Positions 7,234 through 13,840 of a stretch of DNA of 14,048 nt are shown piece by piece; position 1 is the first letter of the stretch, and each line of letters starts with the position of its first letter. The translations under genes were made by a program, and so were the position numbers. The notes beneath the pieces were generated by a model. It worked only from the letters and a program-made list of their open reading frames with translations, did not search any database and was not told the DNA's origin. Source of the stretch: a virus. Taxonomy: Duplodnaviria; Heunggongvirae; Uroviricota; Caudoviricetes. Location of the stretch: IMG/VR virus record IMGVR_UViG_2582580966_000010, one strand, 5' to 3'.

Positions 7234-7665
7234 TCACAGATGATTCTCCAGACGAAGGCCCAGAACACCGGCAATCTCTTCCAGCACCTTGCGCTCTTCC
7301 GGCTCTATTTCGCCGTCTGCTTCGGCAATGGCCACCGCCACATCCAGCACGTCTTCCGCTTCACGCGTATCGTGTTTCACATCCTCGATCTCACGTAACG
7401 CCGCTCGACGACCAATTTTAAAGTTCGTATCCAGCTGACCGATAATGGTTGCGCTAATCGCATTAATTTCTGACGTAAACGCGGACAACGCAGGCTGGTT
7501 ACGCAAGACCTGCTCGATCTTCGCTTTCTCTGAAGCCTCACATTCACCATCTGCATAGGCCACCAGATAGGCAGCATTAATAACCGCCTGTGCCAGATCA
7601 CGTTTCTCAAACTTTTTAATTTCCACTGCCGCTCGGCGGGCTTTTTTACCAAAAATACCAAACAT
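7234..7665 (-). CDS. TerB-family (tellurite-resistance TerB-like) protein
   Basis: 143-aa ORF from MFGIFGKK (ATG 7665, SD AAAGGA). Two TerB-type repeats (AAYLVAYADGECEASEKAKIEQVL and DVAVAIAEADGEIEPEERKVLEEIAGVLGL) match the helical motif of TerB proteins. Confidence 0.7.
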   Translation of the reverse strand: MFGIFGKKARRAAVEIKKFEKRDLAQAVINAAYLVAYADGECEASEKAKIEQVLRNQPALSAFTSEINAISATIIGQLDTNFKIGRRAALREIEDVKHDTREAEDVLDVAVAIAEADGEIEPEERKVLEEIAGVLGLRLENHL

Positions 7666-7835
7666 CGTGACGTTCCTTTGGGTGGGTGAGCCAACGCCCG
7701 GGAGCGATCTGCCCACAGAGAAAGTCACACTGACCACTCCGTAAGCTCACCCCCGAAAGGCTCTGTGGTTGATATGCGCCGGGCGTGGCGCGGATACAAA
7801 AAAGGCCCGCAAAAGCGAGCCGGGAAAAATAAGTC

Positions 7836-7912
7836 TGGCGCGTTGTACTGGATTCGAACCAGTGACCGATTGCTTAGAAGGCAATTGCTCTGTCCGGCTG
7901 AGCTAACAACGC
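7836..7912 (-). tRNA. tRNA-Arg (anticodon UCU)
   Basis: Hand-folded cloverleaf: acceptor GCGTTGT/ACAACGC, D-arm GCTC...GAGC, anticodon stem ATTGC/GCAAT with loop CTTCTAA, T-arm CTGG-TTCGAAT-CCAG, then discriminator and an encoded CCA. Confidence 0.8.
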
Positions 7913-7928
7913 AGGATACAGATAATGA

Positions 7929-8002
7929 ACCGCCTTCGGGGATCCGAACTCCGCGCAACCAGCTTCGAAGGCTGGCGCTCTTTCCTGATGAGCTAATGGC
8001 GG
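7929..8002 (-). tRNA. tRNA-like gene, Arg (anticodon UCG), imperfect and without encoded CCA; possibly degenerate
   Basis: Cloverleaf with anticodon stem CCAGC/GCTGG and loop CTTCGAA. The acceptor stem has one A-A mismatch and the T-stem one A-C mismatch. The 3' end is followed by TCA rather than CCA. Confidence 0.5.
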
Positions 8003-8009
8003 TATGTGA

Positions 8010-8085
8010 TGGTGGCCCTTGCTGGATTTGAACCAGCGACCTGGCGATTATGAGTCGCTCGCTCTCACCACTGAGCTAAAGGGCC
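8010..8085 (-). tRNA. tRNA-Ile2 (anticodon CAU, ileX/ileZ-like; a Met assignment cannot be excluded from sequence alone)
   Basis: Sequence GGCCCTTTAGCTCAGTGGTGAGAGCGAGCGACTCATAATCGCCAGGTCGCTGGTTCAAATCCAGCAAGGGCCACCA. The anticodon stem-loop matches E. coli ileX-type tRNA as remembered. Perfect acceptor stem and an encoded CCA. Confidence 0.8.
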
Positions 8086-8113
8086 GAGCCAAAAAATAAT
8101 AATCAGATGAAAA

Positions 8114-8827
8114 TCAATAATCAAGCCCTTGCCTGGATACATATCTGTCTGGCGGGAAGCCATAATAGCGGTGAAATACAGAAATAAAGTAGGACCTGCT
8201 TGAATAACCGCATTTTTCTGCTATAGCCTGTCCATATCCATGCCGGGAACATAACATATTTACAGCAACACGCATCCGCTCTTCCAGCAACAAGCGACTG
8301 AACATGCCCCCTTCATTTTTCAGTTTTGTCTTTAACAAACTCTCACTCATATGCAACTGTAGAGCAATCGCACAAAGCGTCCAGCTTGCTGATATATCTG
8401 TCTGAATTATCGCCCTGACTTTGGCACTTATGCTGGATAAACATCCACTTAAAAACAATGACATCCGTTCATCTGTTTCAAACAGAGACAGGCAGGCCAT
8501 CATAAGAAACATATCCGTGGCCTCTCCGGAAAATCCCTGGCTGGTAATTAAAGCCGCAGCCAACGCAGGATTGTTGGGTTCCAGCAACAGGTAAAGCGGA
8601 ATGTCAGTCAGACGAGTCCTCGTCAGCTTATGCTGACTTTCCAGATATTGACTTACGACGGATTCGCTTATATCGACAATTTTAACTTTGCCATAATGCA
8701 TAAGGAAAAGCTCCCTGATGCATTTGGTGGCCAGAACAACTGAGCCTGGCTTAAGTGACAACGTATCCTTTTCAAGAAAAATATTAATTGGGGAGCAAAC
8801 CATGATAACTGAACAGACAACAGCCAT
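8114..8827 (-). CDS. AraC-family transcriptional regulator (AppY-like, no sugar-binding domain)
   Basis: 237-aa, AT-rich ORF. The C-terminal dual HTH region (WTLCAIALQLHMSESLLKTKLKNEGGMFSRLLLEERMRVAVNMLCSRHGYGQAIAEKCGYSSRSYFISVFHRYYGFPP) is typical of the AraC family, and the N-terminus MAVVCSVIMVCS resembles AppY. Confidence 0.75.
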   Translation of the reverse strand: MAVVCSVIMVCSPINIFLEKDTLSLKPGSVVLATKCIRELFLMHYGKVKIVDISESVVSQYLESQHKLTRTRLTDIPLYLLLEPNNPALAAALITSQGFSGEATDMFLMMACLSLFETDERMSLFLSGCLSSISAKVRAIIQTDISASWTLCAIALQLHMSESLLKTKLKNEGGMFSRLLLEERMRVAVNMLCSRHGYGQAIAEKCGYSSRSYFISVFHRYYGFPPDRYVSRQGLDY

Positions 8828-8960
8828 TATAATTTTACTTTCATTAGCAATTGGTTAGCTCAATTATAGCCCCAAAAGGTAAATTATCATCAACACATAA
8901 GCAAAGGACTGACAGGTGTCGCCCCCCACCAGCCGCCCATTCACCACAAATAAAAAGCCT

Positions 8961-9158
8961 TCAGGACTGAAGGCGTCTGTAACAACCGCACTGATAGTCT
9001 GCCAGACCCACCATAACAAGCTGGGTCAGTATTAACTGGCAGCGTTCGCGTGAAAGGTAAGTATTCTGCGCAATCTCCCCGACGGTCGCCGGTTCGGTGA
9101 CGCTTAATTCATTAAACACCACTCTGGCGGTTTCTGTCATATCCTGCTGTTTTAGCAT
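8961..9158 (-). CDS. Hypothetical 65-aa protein, possible winged-helix DNA-binding fold
   Basis: Start chosen at MLKQQDM (ATG 9158), which has an SD-like GGAAAAGGGA upstream. The segment ATVGEIAQNTYLSRERCQLILTQLVMVGLADY resembles a recognition helix plus wing. The upstream ORF-track extension is Cys-rich and unlikely. Confidence 0.35.
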   Translation of the reverse strand: MLKQQDMTETARVVFNELSVTEPATVGEIAQNTYLSRERCQLILTQLVMVGLADYQCGCYRRLQS

Positions 9159-9280
9159 GTCTTTTTCCCTTTTCCGGTTAACGTGACACACCAATAACTC
9201 TTGTCGAAAAAGCCAGCAAGCTGAAAGACAGGTATTCACCGCCACCAGCGCGTTTACTGTACTGACGCGATTTCAGTCAT

Positions 9281-9303
9281 AAAAAACCCGCCAGGCGGCG
9301 GGG
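9281..9303 (-). terminator. tR'-like intrinsic terminator downstream of Q
   Basis: Minus-strand RNA: CCCGCC-gccu-GGCGGG followed by UUUUUU. The plus-strand RNA has no U-tract. Lies about 80 nt downstream of the Q stop. Confidence 0.55.
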
Positions 9304-9344
9304 TGTAAAAAATCTTCTAACGTCAGGCATAAAACGCCCATCGT

Positions 9345-9380
9345 TAGAGCGAATTTACCACAGATTCGGGAAAAATCAAC
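9345..9380 (-). promoter_or_regulatory. Candidate late promoter pR' (sigma70, extended -10) immediately downstream of Q
   Basis: On the minus strand: -35 TTGATT (9379-9374), 16-nt spacer, TGg-TAAATT extended -10 (9357-9352). The predicted short transcript would end at the terminator at 9281-9303, matching the lambdoid pR'-qut-tR' arrangement. Confidence 0.4.
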
Positions 9381-9384
9381 AACA

Positions 9385-10206
9385 CTATCGCGTTACCCTC
9401 TTTAACTGCCGCTCCGCCCATGCCTCTTCAATGTCAAACCGAACCACCAACGTATCGTAAAAGCGTTTCACTGATTTTTTCCACGTATCAAGCGTGATAG
9501 CACTCGTCACTTTGCATATGGCATTAAATGCCTCCGTTGATGGTAGTCTTTCACAGCCACGACCACCACAACGCTGGCAGTCTCTGATAACAGGCATACC
9601 ACGTTTTACCGACTCTTCACGATGAATGGCGACACCACGCCCACGGCAATCCTTACAGGCGGTGGAAACCTCACCCTTTCCGCCACACTCCGGACAGGCA
9701 ACTTTTACCACCTCCCTGACTTTTTTCCATTCTTCCCAGTAAGACGGATACACACCTTTCGTACACTTTGCCCATACCGGCGGCTTACCATCCGGATACT
9801 GGACCTTGTTTGTAAAAACTACGCTTTCAATAAATTTTTCCCCATAGCAACAAGGGCACTGCTTTTTACTCGCTGCGCTGCGGGCATAATCCTCAAAAGC
9901 GTACGAAGCCATAATGCGCATCACTACCGGTTTTATTTCTGCCGGGAGTTTTCTTAACGCCGCCACGCGATCACACCGACTGAGTGCATATTCTGTCAGC
10001 AATTCTGTTGCCCGCTCTCTGTCATTCATACTAATGCCCATTTTCCCAAGGAACGCAGAAAACCCCATCCCAGCCCGATTCTGTGTCATGCCCTGCGCGG
10101 CCATCACATCAGTGATACTCAGCGCATCTTTCGACGTTGAGGCCGATGCATCAGTCAGGCCGGGGGATTTTGGGGAGTAGTATTTCGGTAAATCTTCCAG
10201 TTTCAT
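9385..10206 (-). CDS. Q: Late-gene antiterminator Q (QuuQ-like)
   Basis: 273-aa ORF. The N-terminus MKLEDLPKYYSPKSPGLTD...SITDVMAAQGM matches Qin QuuQ-type Q as remembered. Several CxxC pairs suggest a zinc-binding domain. It lies between rusA and pR'/tR'. Confidence 0.8.
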   Translation of the reverse strand: MKLEDLPKYYSPKSPGLTDASASTSKDALSITDVMAAQGMTQNRAGMGFSAFLGKMGISMNDRERATELLTEYALSRCDRVAALRKLPAEIKPVVMRIMASYAFEDYARSAASKKQCPCCYGEKFIESVVFTNKVQYPDGKPPVWAKCTKGVYPSYWEEWKKVREVVKVACPECGGKGEVSTACKDCRGRGVAIHREESVKRGMPVIRDCQRCGGRGCERLPSTEAFNAICKVTSAITLDTWKKSVKRFYDTLVVRFDIEEAWAERQLKRVTR

Positions 10207-10577
10207 TTTTTGACCTGCCCTGCAAGCATTATGGGGTAAATCTTCACCCCCAGACGTCCACCAGATACTGGCTGAGCACGAACGATATTGATTTCATCAA
10301 ACTGCTCATCGTCCATTAGCAACCCCGCATGCGTCAGCGCATCCAGCGGCGCTTTCAGAATATTGTCCAGGTCACGGCGGCGCTTATCCGGTGGCGCGGC
10401 AATAATCTTTATCGCCAGCCTTCCGGACAGGCTTAATTTCAGCCGCTGCTGGCGAACAATAAGCGCCACAGCCCGGCGATAACGCTCACCGGCTTTTGAT
10501 ACAAAATATGTGCTGCCACGACGTCGCCAGTAGGTGTTCACCGTCGGCGGGTAAGGCAAAACAAACTCTATACGCAT
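10203..10577 (-). CDS. rusA: Holliday-junction resolvase RusA
   Basis: 124-aa ORF with the RusA motif block PDKRRRDLDNILKAPLDALTHAGLLMDDEQ. Overlaps the Q start by 4 nt. Confidence 0.85.
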   Translation of the reverse strand: MRIEFVLPYPPTVNTYWRRRGSTYFVSKAGERYRRAVALIVRQQRLKLSLSGRLAIKIIAAPPDKRRRDLDNILKAPLDALTHAGLLMDDEQFDEINIVRAQPVSGGRLGVKIYPIMLAGQVKK

Positions 10578-10589
10578 CAGTAACCTCTT

Positions 10590-11639
10590 TTACCCGAGCA
10601 CGCCGGTTGCAAAGGCGTGATCAAGAAAACGAAAAATTAAATCAACCTGAGAGCCATGCTTTTCTTCGAACGCCAGCGGATCCGCATGAAGCTCGTTGTG
10701 ATGCTCCCGACACAGCGGTAGCGTGAAAATATCGTGAGATTTTGTCCCCATTCCGCCCTGACCATGACCAATCAGGTGATGGGGATCGTCGGCTGGCTTA
10801 CCACAACACGCACACGGCTGTGTCTTCACCCAGCGCGTGTATTTCTCGTTAACCCAGCGGCGACGTTTAGGTCGTTTCATGAAGGATTCCGGAGACTCCG
10901 GATCAACGGCAATGCTGACCACCGTCTTTTCCTGTGGTGGATTTTGTTGCTGGTGGACGTGAAGTGGCAGCGCAATATTTTTTGTGCGCTGCTTCAGTAT
11001 GCTGATGGCTGTCTGTTCTCCCGGTACGATGTCACTCTCACGGTATACGGAGCGGATTTTTTCCGCTGGTAATCCCAGCGAACGACGCGCTACTGCCTCA
11101 GGTAGTGCATCCACCACCTGATTGCAGGCCGCCCACCAGGATAATTCAGCCAGCGATAATTCACGCTCCTGTGTGCCATTCATTGCGTGACGAATGACGT
11201 CAATCATCCATGCTGACAGGTTTTGGTGAGCAAGTTGCTCAAGTGATTCGGAGGTCTGGTCACGCAACTGGTTGTCGCAGTGCCAGCACAACACCATTGC
11301 GCCGGTACCATAACGGTGAATGACGGTTTCACTGTGGTGATAATCGCCGTGTGGCCACTGGCAGGATTTAACATGGCGCAGTAACCAGTCAGACAATGCG
11401 CCAGCGCCACCAGCAGCACGAATCACTCGTTCGTCGCTGAAAAATGGCAGTAATGATTTATCCTCCGCCAGCGGCTGGCGAACGGCAGGAACGACCCCGG
11501 ACGACAGATTACGCATGCTTTTCGGTTCCGGCTCCACCAGTACCCGGGTATTGTGGAATACCGGCATGGATTCACGGCCCGGCTTAACGATCACCAGCCC
11601 GAGTTCCGGTACCAGAACAGGTCGAAGTAATACCCGCAC
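10590..11639 (-). CDS. ydfU: DUF968-family protein with C-terminal HNH-like zinc motif (YdfU-like; NinG-region protein)
   Basis: 349-aa ORF with an apparent GTG start; an internal ATG is also possible. Near-identical in pattern to Qin YdfU as remembered. C-terminal CACCGKPADDPHHLIGHGQGGMGTKSHDIFTLPLCREHHNELH. Confidence 0.75.
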   Translation of the reverse strand: MRVLLRPVLVPELGLVIVKPGRESMPVFHNTRVLVEPEPKSMRNLSSGVVPAVRQPLAEDKSLLPFFSDERVIRAAGGAGALSDWLLRHVKSCQWPHGDYHHSETVIHRYGTGAMVLCWHCDNQLRDQTSESLEQLAHQNLSAWMIDVIRHAMNGTQERELSLAELSWWAACNQVVDALPEAVARRSLGLPAEKIRSVYRESDIVPGEQTAISILKQRTKNIALPLHVHQQQNPPQEKTVVSIAVDPESPESFMKRPKRRRWVNEKYTRWVKTQPCACCGKPADDPHHLIGHGQGGMGTKSHDIFTLPLCREHHNELHADPLAFEEKHGSQVDLIFRFLDHAFATGVLG

Positions 11640-11640
11640 G

Positions 11641-11913
11641 TTACCTCCAGATGCGTTGCTGGAATGTGCGGGACGGACGCGGTGGGCGTTCAGAGTAAGG
11701 AAGCCTGACGGAGATTATCCAGTGACGATAATCGAGGCTGAGAGCTTTCTTAACCTCGAACCCGCGCCTGCGGTAAGAATGAATCAGCCATTCGGCCTGT
11801 TCTTCAGTACATGGTGGGTGTTGGTACCAGTCGGTTTTAAATGCGTGTGAACGCCGCTCATGCCGGATGGCAAGGTCGGTATCAGAATTGTGAAATTTGG
11901 TTTTGTGCGCCAT
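11641..11913 (-). CDS. Hypothetical 90-aa protein, in the position of Qin rem
   Basis: ATG at 11913. Its stop lies 1 nt before the DUF968 start. Assigned by position only (between hok and the ydfU-like gene). Confidence 0.45.
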   Translation of the reverse strand: MAHKTKFHNSDTDLAIRHERRSHAFKTDWYQHPPCTEEQAEWLIHSYRRRGFEVKKALSLDYRHWIISVRLPYSERPPRPSRTFQQRIWR

Positions 11914-11985
11914 CTGTTTTCTCTGCTGGCGCAGCAGGTGTCAGGTGTTCAGGCTGACGTGCGAATTGTAAACCAGAATGCCAGG

Positions 11986-12012
11986 AAAAAACAAAACCCG
12001 CCGAAGCGGGTT
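11986..12012 (-). terminator. Intrinsic terminator of the hok transcript
   Basis: Minus-strand RNA: AACCCGC-uucg-GCGGGUU followed by UUGUUUUUU, about 70 nt downstream of the hok stop. Confidence 0.6.
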
Positions 12013-12080
12013 AAGTGCGGGTGCGTTGAGGATGCCTGACACATCAGAGGTGGCGAGGGATTTCTCCCCCGCCAGGTCTC

Positions 12081-12236
12081 TTACTCCTCAGGTTCGTAAG
12101 CTGTGAAGACAGCGACCTCCGTCTGGCCGGTTCGGATTCGTACCTCGCAGAGGTCTTTCCTCGTTACCAGTGCCGTCACAATGACGGTTAAACAGATGAC
12201 GATCAGGGCGATTAGCATCGCCTTTTGCTGCTTCAT
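12081..12236 (-). CDS. hok: Hok-family type I toxin (identical in sequence to HokD/RelF as remembered)
   Basis: Hand translation gives MKQQKAMLIALIVICLTVIVTALVTRKDLCEVRIRTGQTEVAVFTAYEPEE (51 aa): one TM helix plus a periplasmic tail with conserved Cys. Confidence 0.9.
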   Translation of the reverse strand: MKQQKAMLIALIVICLTVIVTALVTRKDLCEVRIRTGQTEVAVFTAYEPEE

Positions 12237-12293
12237 AGCCTGCTTCTCCTTGCCTTTCGGCACGTAAGAGGCTAACCTACGTGTGTAGAGCAT
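12081..12293 (-). CDS. mok: mok-like overlapping reading frame (same frame as hok, upstream start)
   Basis: In-frame upstream extension MLYTRRLASYVPKGKEKQA running into hok, as in hok/mok/sok loci where mok translation is needed for hok translation. Confidence 0.55.
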   Translation of the reverse strand: MLYTRRLASYVPKGKEKQAMKQQKAMLIALIVICLTVIVTALVTRKDLCEVRIRTGQTEVAVFTAYEPEE

Positions 12294-12447
12294 AGATATG
12301 GCCTCAGATTAATGTTAAGCGTCTTGCCGGACGCGTAATGTTAACTGGGGCTTTTCTCTATCTGCCTTTTGGTGTTCATGCCTGAGACAGATAGCCTCAA
12401 GCACCCGCTGCAATTCTACTTAACTCTCCTTTTCCCGCAAACCGTTT

Positions 12448-12531
12448 TTATCCCCAGCGGCAAATCGAATACACCACCAGCGCCACCGCCATCGCAATTC
12501 CTACCGTTGTTAATGCTTCAGGCCAGGTCAT
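12448..12531 (-). CDS. Candidate 27-aa hydrophobic peptide (MTWPEALTTVGIAMAVALVVYSICRWG)
   Basis: ATG at 12531 preceded by GGAGGA at 9-nt spacing. Single predicted TM helix. Below the ORF-track cutoff; found by hand translation. Confidence 0.3.
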   Translation of the reverse strand: MTWPEALTTVGIAMAVALVVYSICRWG

Positions 12532-12626
12532 CGTAAAATATCCTCCACGCTTATCAGTCCGTTCCGCTCCAGATAACTCATCGCCTTATCCGGTAATTTG
12601 CAGTCTGGCTTCGCTTTCCTCAGTTG

Positions 12627-12872
12627 CTAGGTTAACTGCTTTACCAGCATGGTTAACTCATCGACCAGACGCTGATATCCCACTGGTTTGTATTCATGCA
12701 ATTTACCGGCTGGCTCTGCTGCCAGCGATACCAGTGCGATTTCCAGAACAGCAATATCCATCTTATATGTGCGGATGATGTCATGGTCGATTGTGCCCGG
12801 TATGCACAGTCTCTGTGCTTCAATAGTCTCCTCTGCGTGAGCTATTAACTGCTCTCTGGTAAAAGTCGTCAT
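12627..12872 (-). CDS. Hypothetical 81-aa protein, paralog of the upstream 55-aa gene
   Basis: ATG overlaps the stop of the upstream gene (ATGA). SD GAAGGGG inside the upstream gene. Shares the N-terminus MTTxTxE and the motif IALxSLxAEP with the 55-aa protein. Confidence 0.5.
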   Translation of the reverse strand: MTTFTREQLIAHAEETIEAQRLCIPGTIDHDIIRTYKMDIAVLEIALVSLAAEPAGKLHEYKPVGYQRLVDELTMLVKQLT

Positions 12873-13036
12873 GCCGTAGCCCCTTCTTGATATTTTTCAA
12901 ACCAGAACACAACCGGCTCTGCTTCCAGCGATGCCAGCGCAATCCGTGCCAGTTCCATTTGTTCACCACGGGTAAGCCCGTTTTCAAGCGGGTTTTTAAT
13001 GAACAATTCAATACGTTCTTTGGTAATAGTGGTCAT
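12869..13036 (-). CDS. Hypothetical 55-aa protein ([55 protein letters not shown])
   Basis: Hand translation. ATG at 13036 with a strong SD (AAGGAG). Stop overlaps the next start (ATGA). Below the ORF-track cutoff. Confidence 0.45.
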   Translation of the reverse strand: MTTITKERIELFIKNPLENGLTRGEQMELARIALASLEAEPVVFWFEKYQEGATA

Positions 13037-13046
13037 GTGTTACTCC

Positions 13047-13310
13047 TTAACCCGCAGTGCTTTCAACTGATGAGGGGAACAAAATCTTTTCATCAAACCC
13101 TGCATTCATATCATGAACAGCAACACACCAATCCATCGACGAACGATTATCAAGAGCCTCCATGATTTCATCCATGCGACGTAGGTCATACAGGTAAATG
13201 CTTTTATCGCCAATGGTGTAAAAGCCAATTTTTTTCGGTGATGGACAGCGATCAAGAACTTCCTGTAATTCGTTCAACCATGCCCGTTCTTTTTTTGTCA
13301 AAGTTGCCAT
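13047..13310 (-). CDS. Hypothetical 87-aa protein
   Basis: Start chosen at MATLTKKERAWLNELQ (ATG 13310) with SD AAGGA; the upstream ORF-track extension is low-complexity. The stop lies 10 nt before the next gene. Confidence 0.5.
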   Translation of the reverse strand: MATLTKKERAWLNELQEVLDRCPSPKKIGFYTIGDKSIYLYDLRRMDEIMEALDNRSSMDWCVAVHDMNAGFDEKILFPSSVESTAG

Positions 13311-13311
13311 A

Positions 13312-13530
13312 TCAGTTTTCCTTATACGGATTAATTTTATTGTGCAGTGTGTTGAACGACGCCCATACAACGTCGGTATACAATTCAGTAACTGGCTCAA
13401 TTATTTTCCCGATTGCCCAGACAAAAATTAGAGGGGATATCGGTATCATCAATACGATAAACAGAATGAGAAACAAAAATTCTGTCGCTCTACTTTTTTG
13501 CGGATATTCTTTTCTGAATAATGTAGTCAT
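13312..13530 (-). CDS. Hypothetical 72-aa membrane protein
   Basis: AT-rich. Hydrophobic core FLFLILFIVLMIPISPLIFVWAIG. Its stop is 1 nt from the next start. Confidence 0.5.
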   Translation of the reverse strand: MTTLFRKEYPQKSRATEFLFLILFIVLMIPISPLIFVWAIGKIIEPVTELYTDVVWASFNTLHNKINPYKEN

Positions 13531-13562
13531 TTCTTACCGCCCTTTCGGGCGGCCTCCCGACA

Positions 13563-13775
13563 TTAATCGTTGTGGTAACTCATGGCTTCATTTGCAGCAT
13601 CAACCGGATCAACCTCCCACCAGCAATAATTTGGTGCGTTTCCTTCAGGTGTCCACGGTTCTAATTCATTTTTTGCCACATTCTCGTCGCCAGTAATTTT
13701 AAAAATCTGTTCAGAGAATTTTTTCACCCACTCGTTATATTTTTCAGTGTTAATAATTTTCTGTGTATTTGACAT
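13563..13775 (-). CDS. Hypothetical 70-aa acidic, Trp-rich protein; first gene after the IS1 end
   Basis: ATG at 13775 with a strong SD (GGAGG). AT-rich. No motif I recognise (…EPWTPEGNAPNYCWWEVDPVDAANEAM…). Confidence 0.5.
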   Translation of the reverse strand: MSNTQKIINTEKYNEWVKKFSEQIFKITGDENVAKNELEPWTPEGNAPNYCWWEVDPVDAANEAMSYHND

Positions 13776-13840
13776 AGATATACCTCCAGTTAAGGATTAA
13801 ATTTTATTTACAGTGCTGAACTTAATTATTCAGATTTGGA

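Noticed and set aside
7234-7737. Possible stx genes at the Stx-phage cargo position
   Set aside because: The ORFs here translate to a TerB-like protein and a hydrophobic microprotein. There is no Stx A-subunit-like ORF of about 315 aa and no B-subunit.
7725-8031. ORF-track entries 7725..7958 (-) and 7765..8031 (+)
   Set aside because: They overlap the three tRNA genes and lack plausible start signals; these are shadow ORFs.
9622-10180. Plus-strand ORFs antisense to Q (9622..9957, 9914..10180)
   Set aside because: They are antisense shadows of the well-supported Q gene.
10734-11850. Plus-strand ORFs antisense to the DUF968 gene (10734..11072, 11515..11850) and the nested minus-strand ORF 11204..11419
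   Set aside because: They are shadows within a conserved CDS.
12294-12630. relE/relB upstream of hok, as in Qin
   Set aside because: No RelE- or RelB-like reading frame is present; the region holds only a 27-aa hydrophobic ORF and non-coding sequence.
12820-13165. ORFs 12820..13011 (-) and 12887..13165 (+)
   Set aside because: They overlap the better-supported 55-aa and 87-aa genes in other frames and have basic low-complexity translations.
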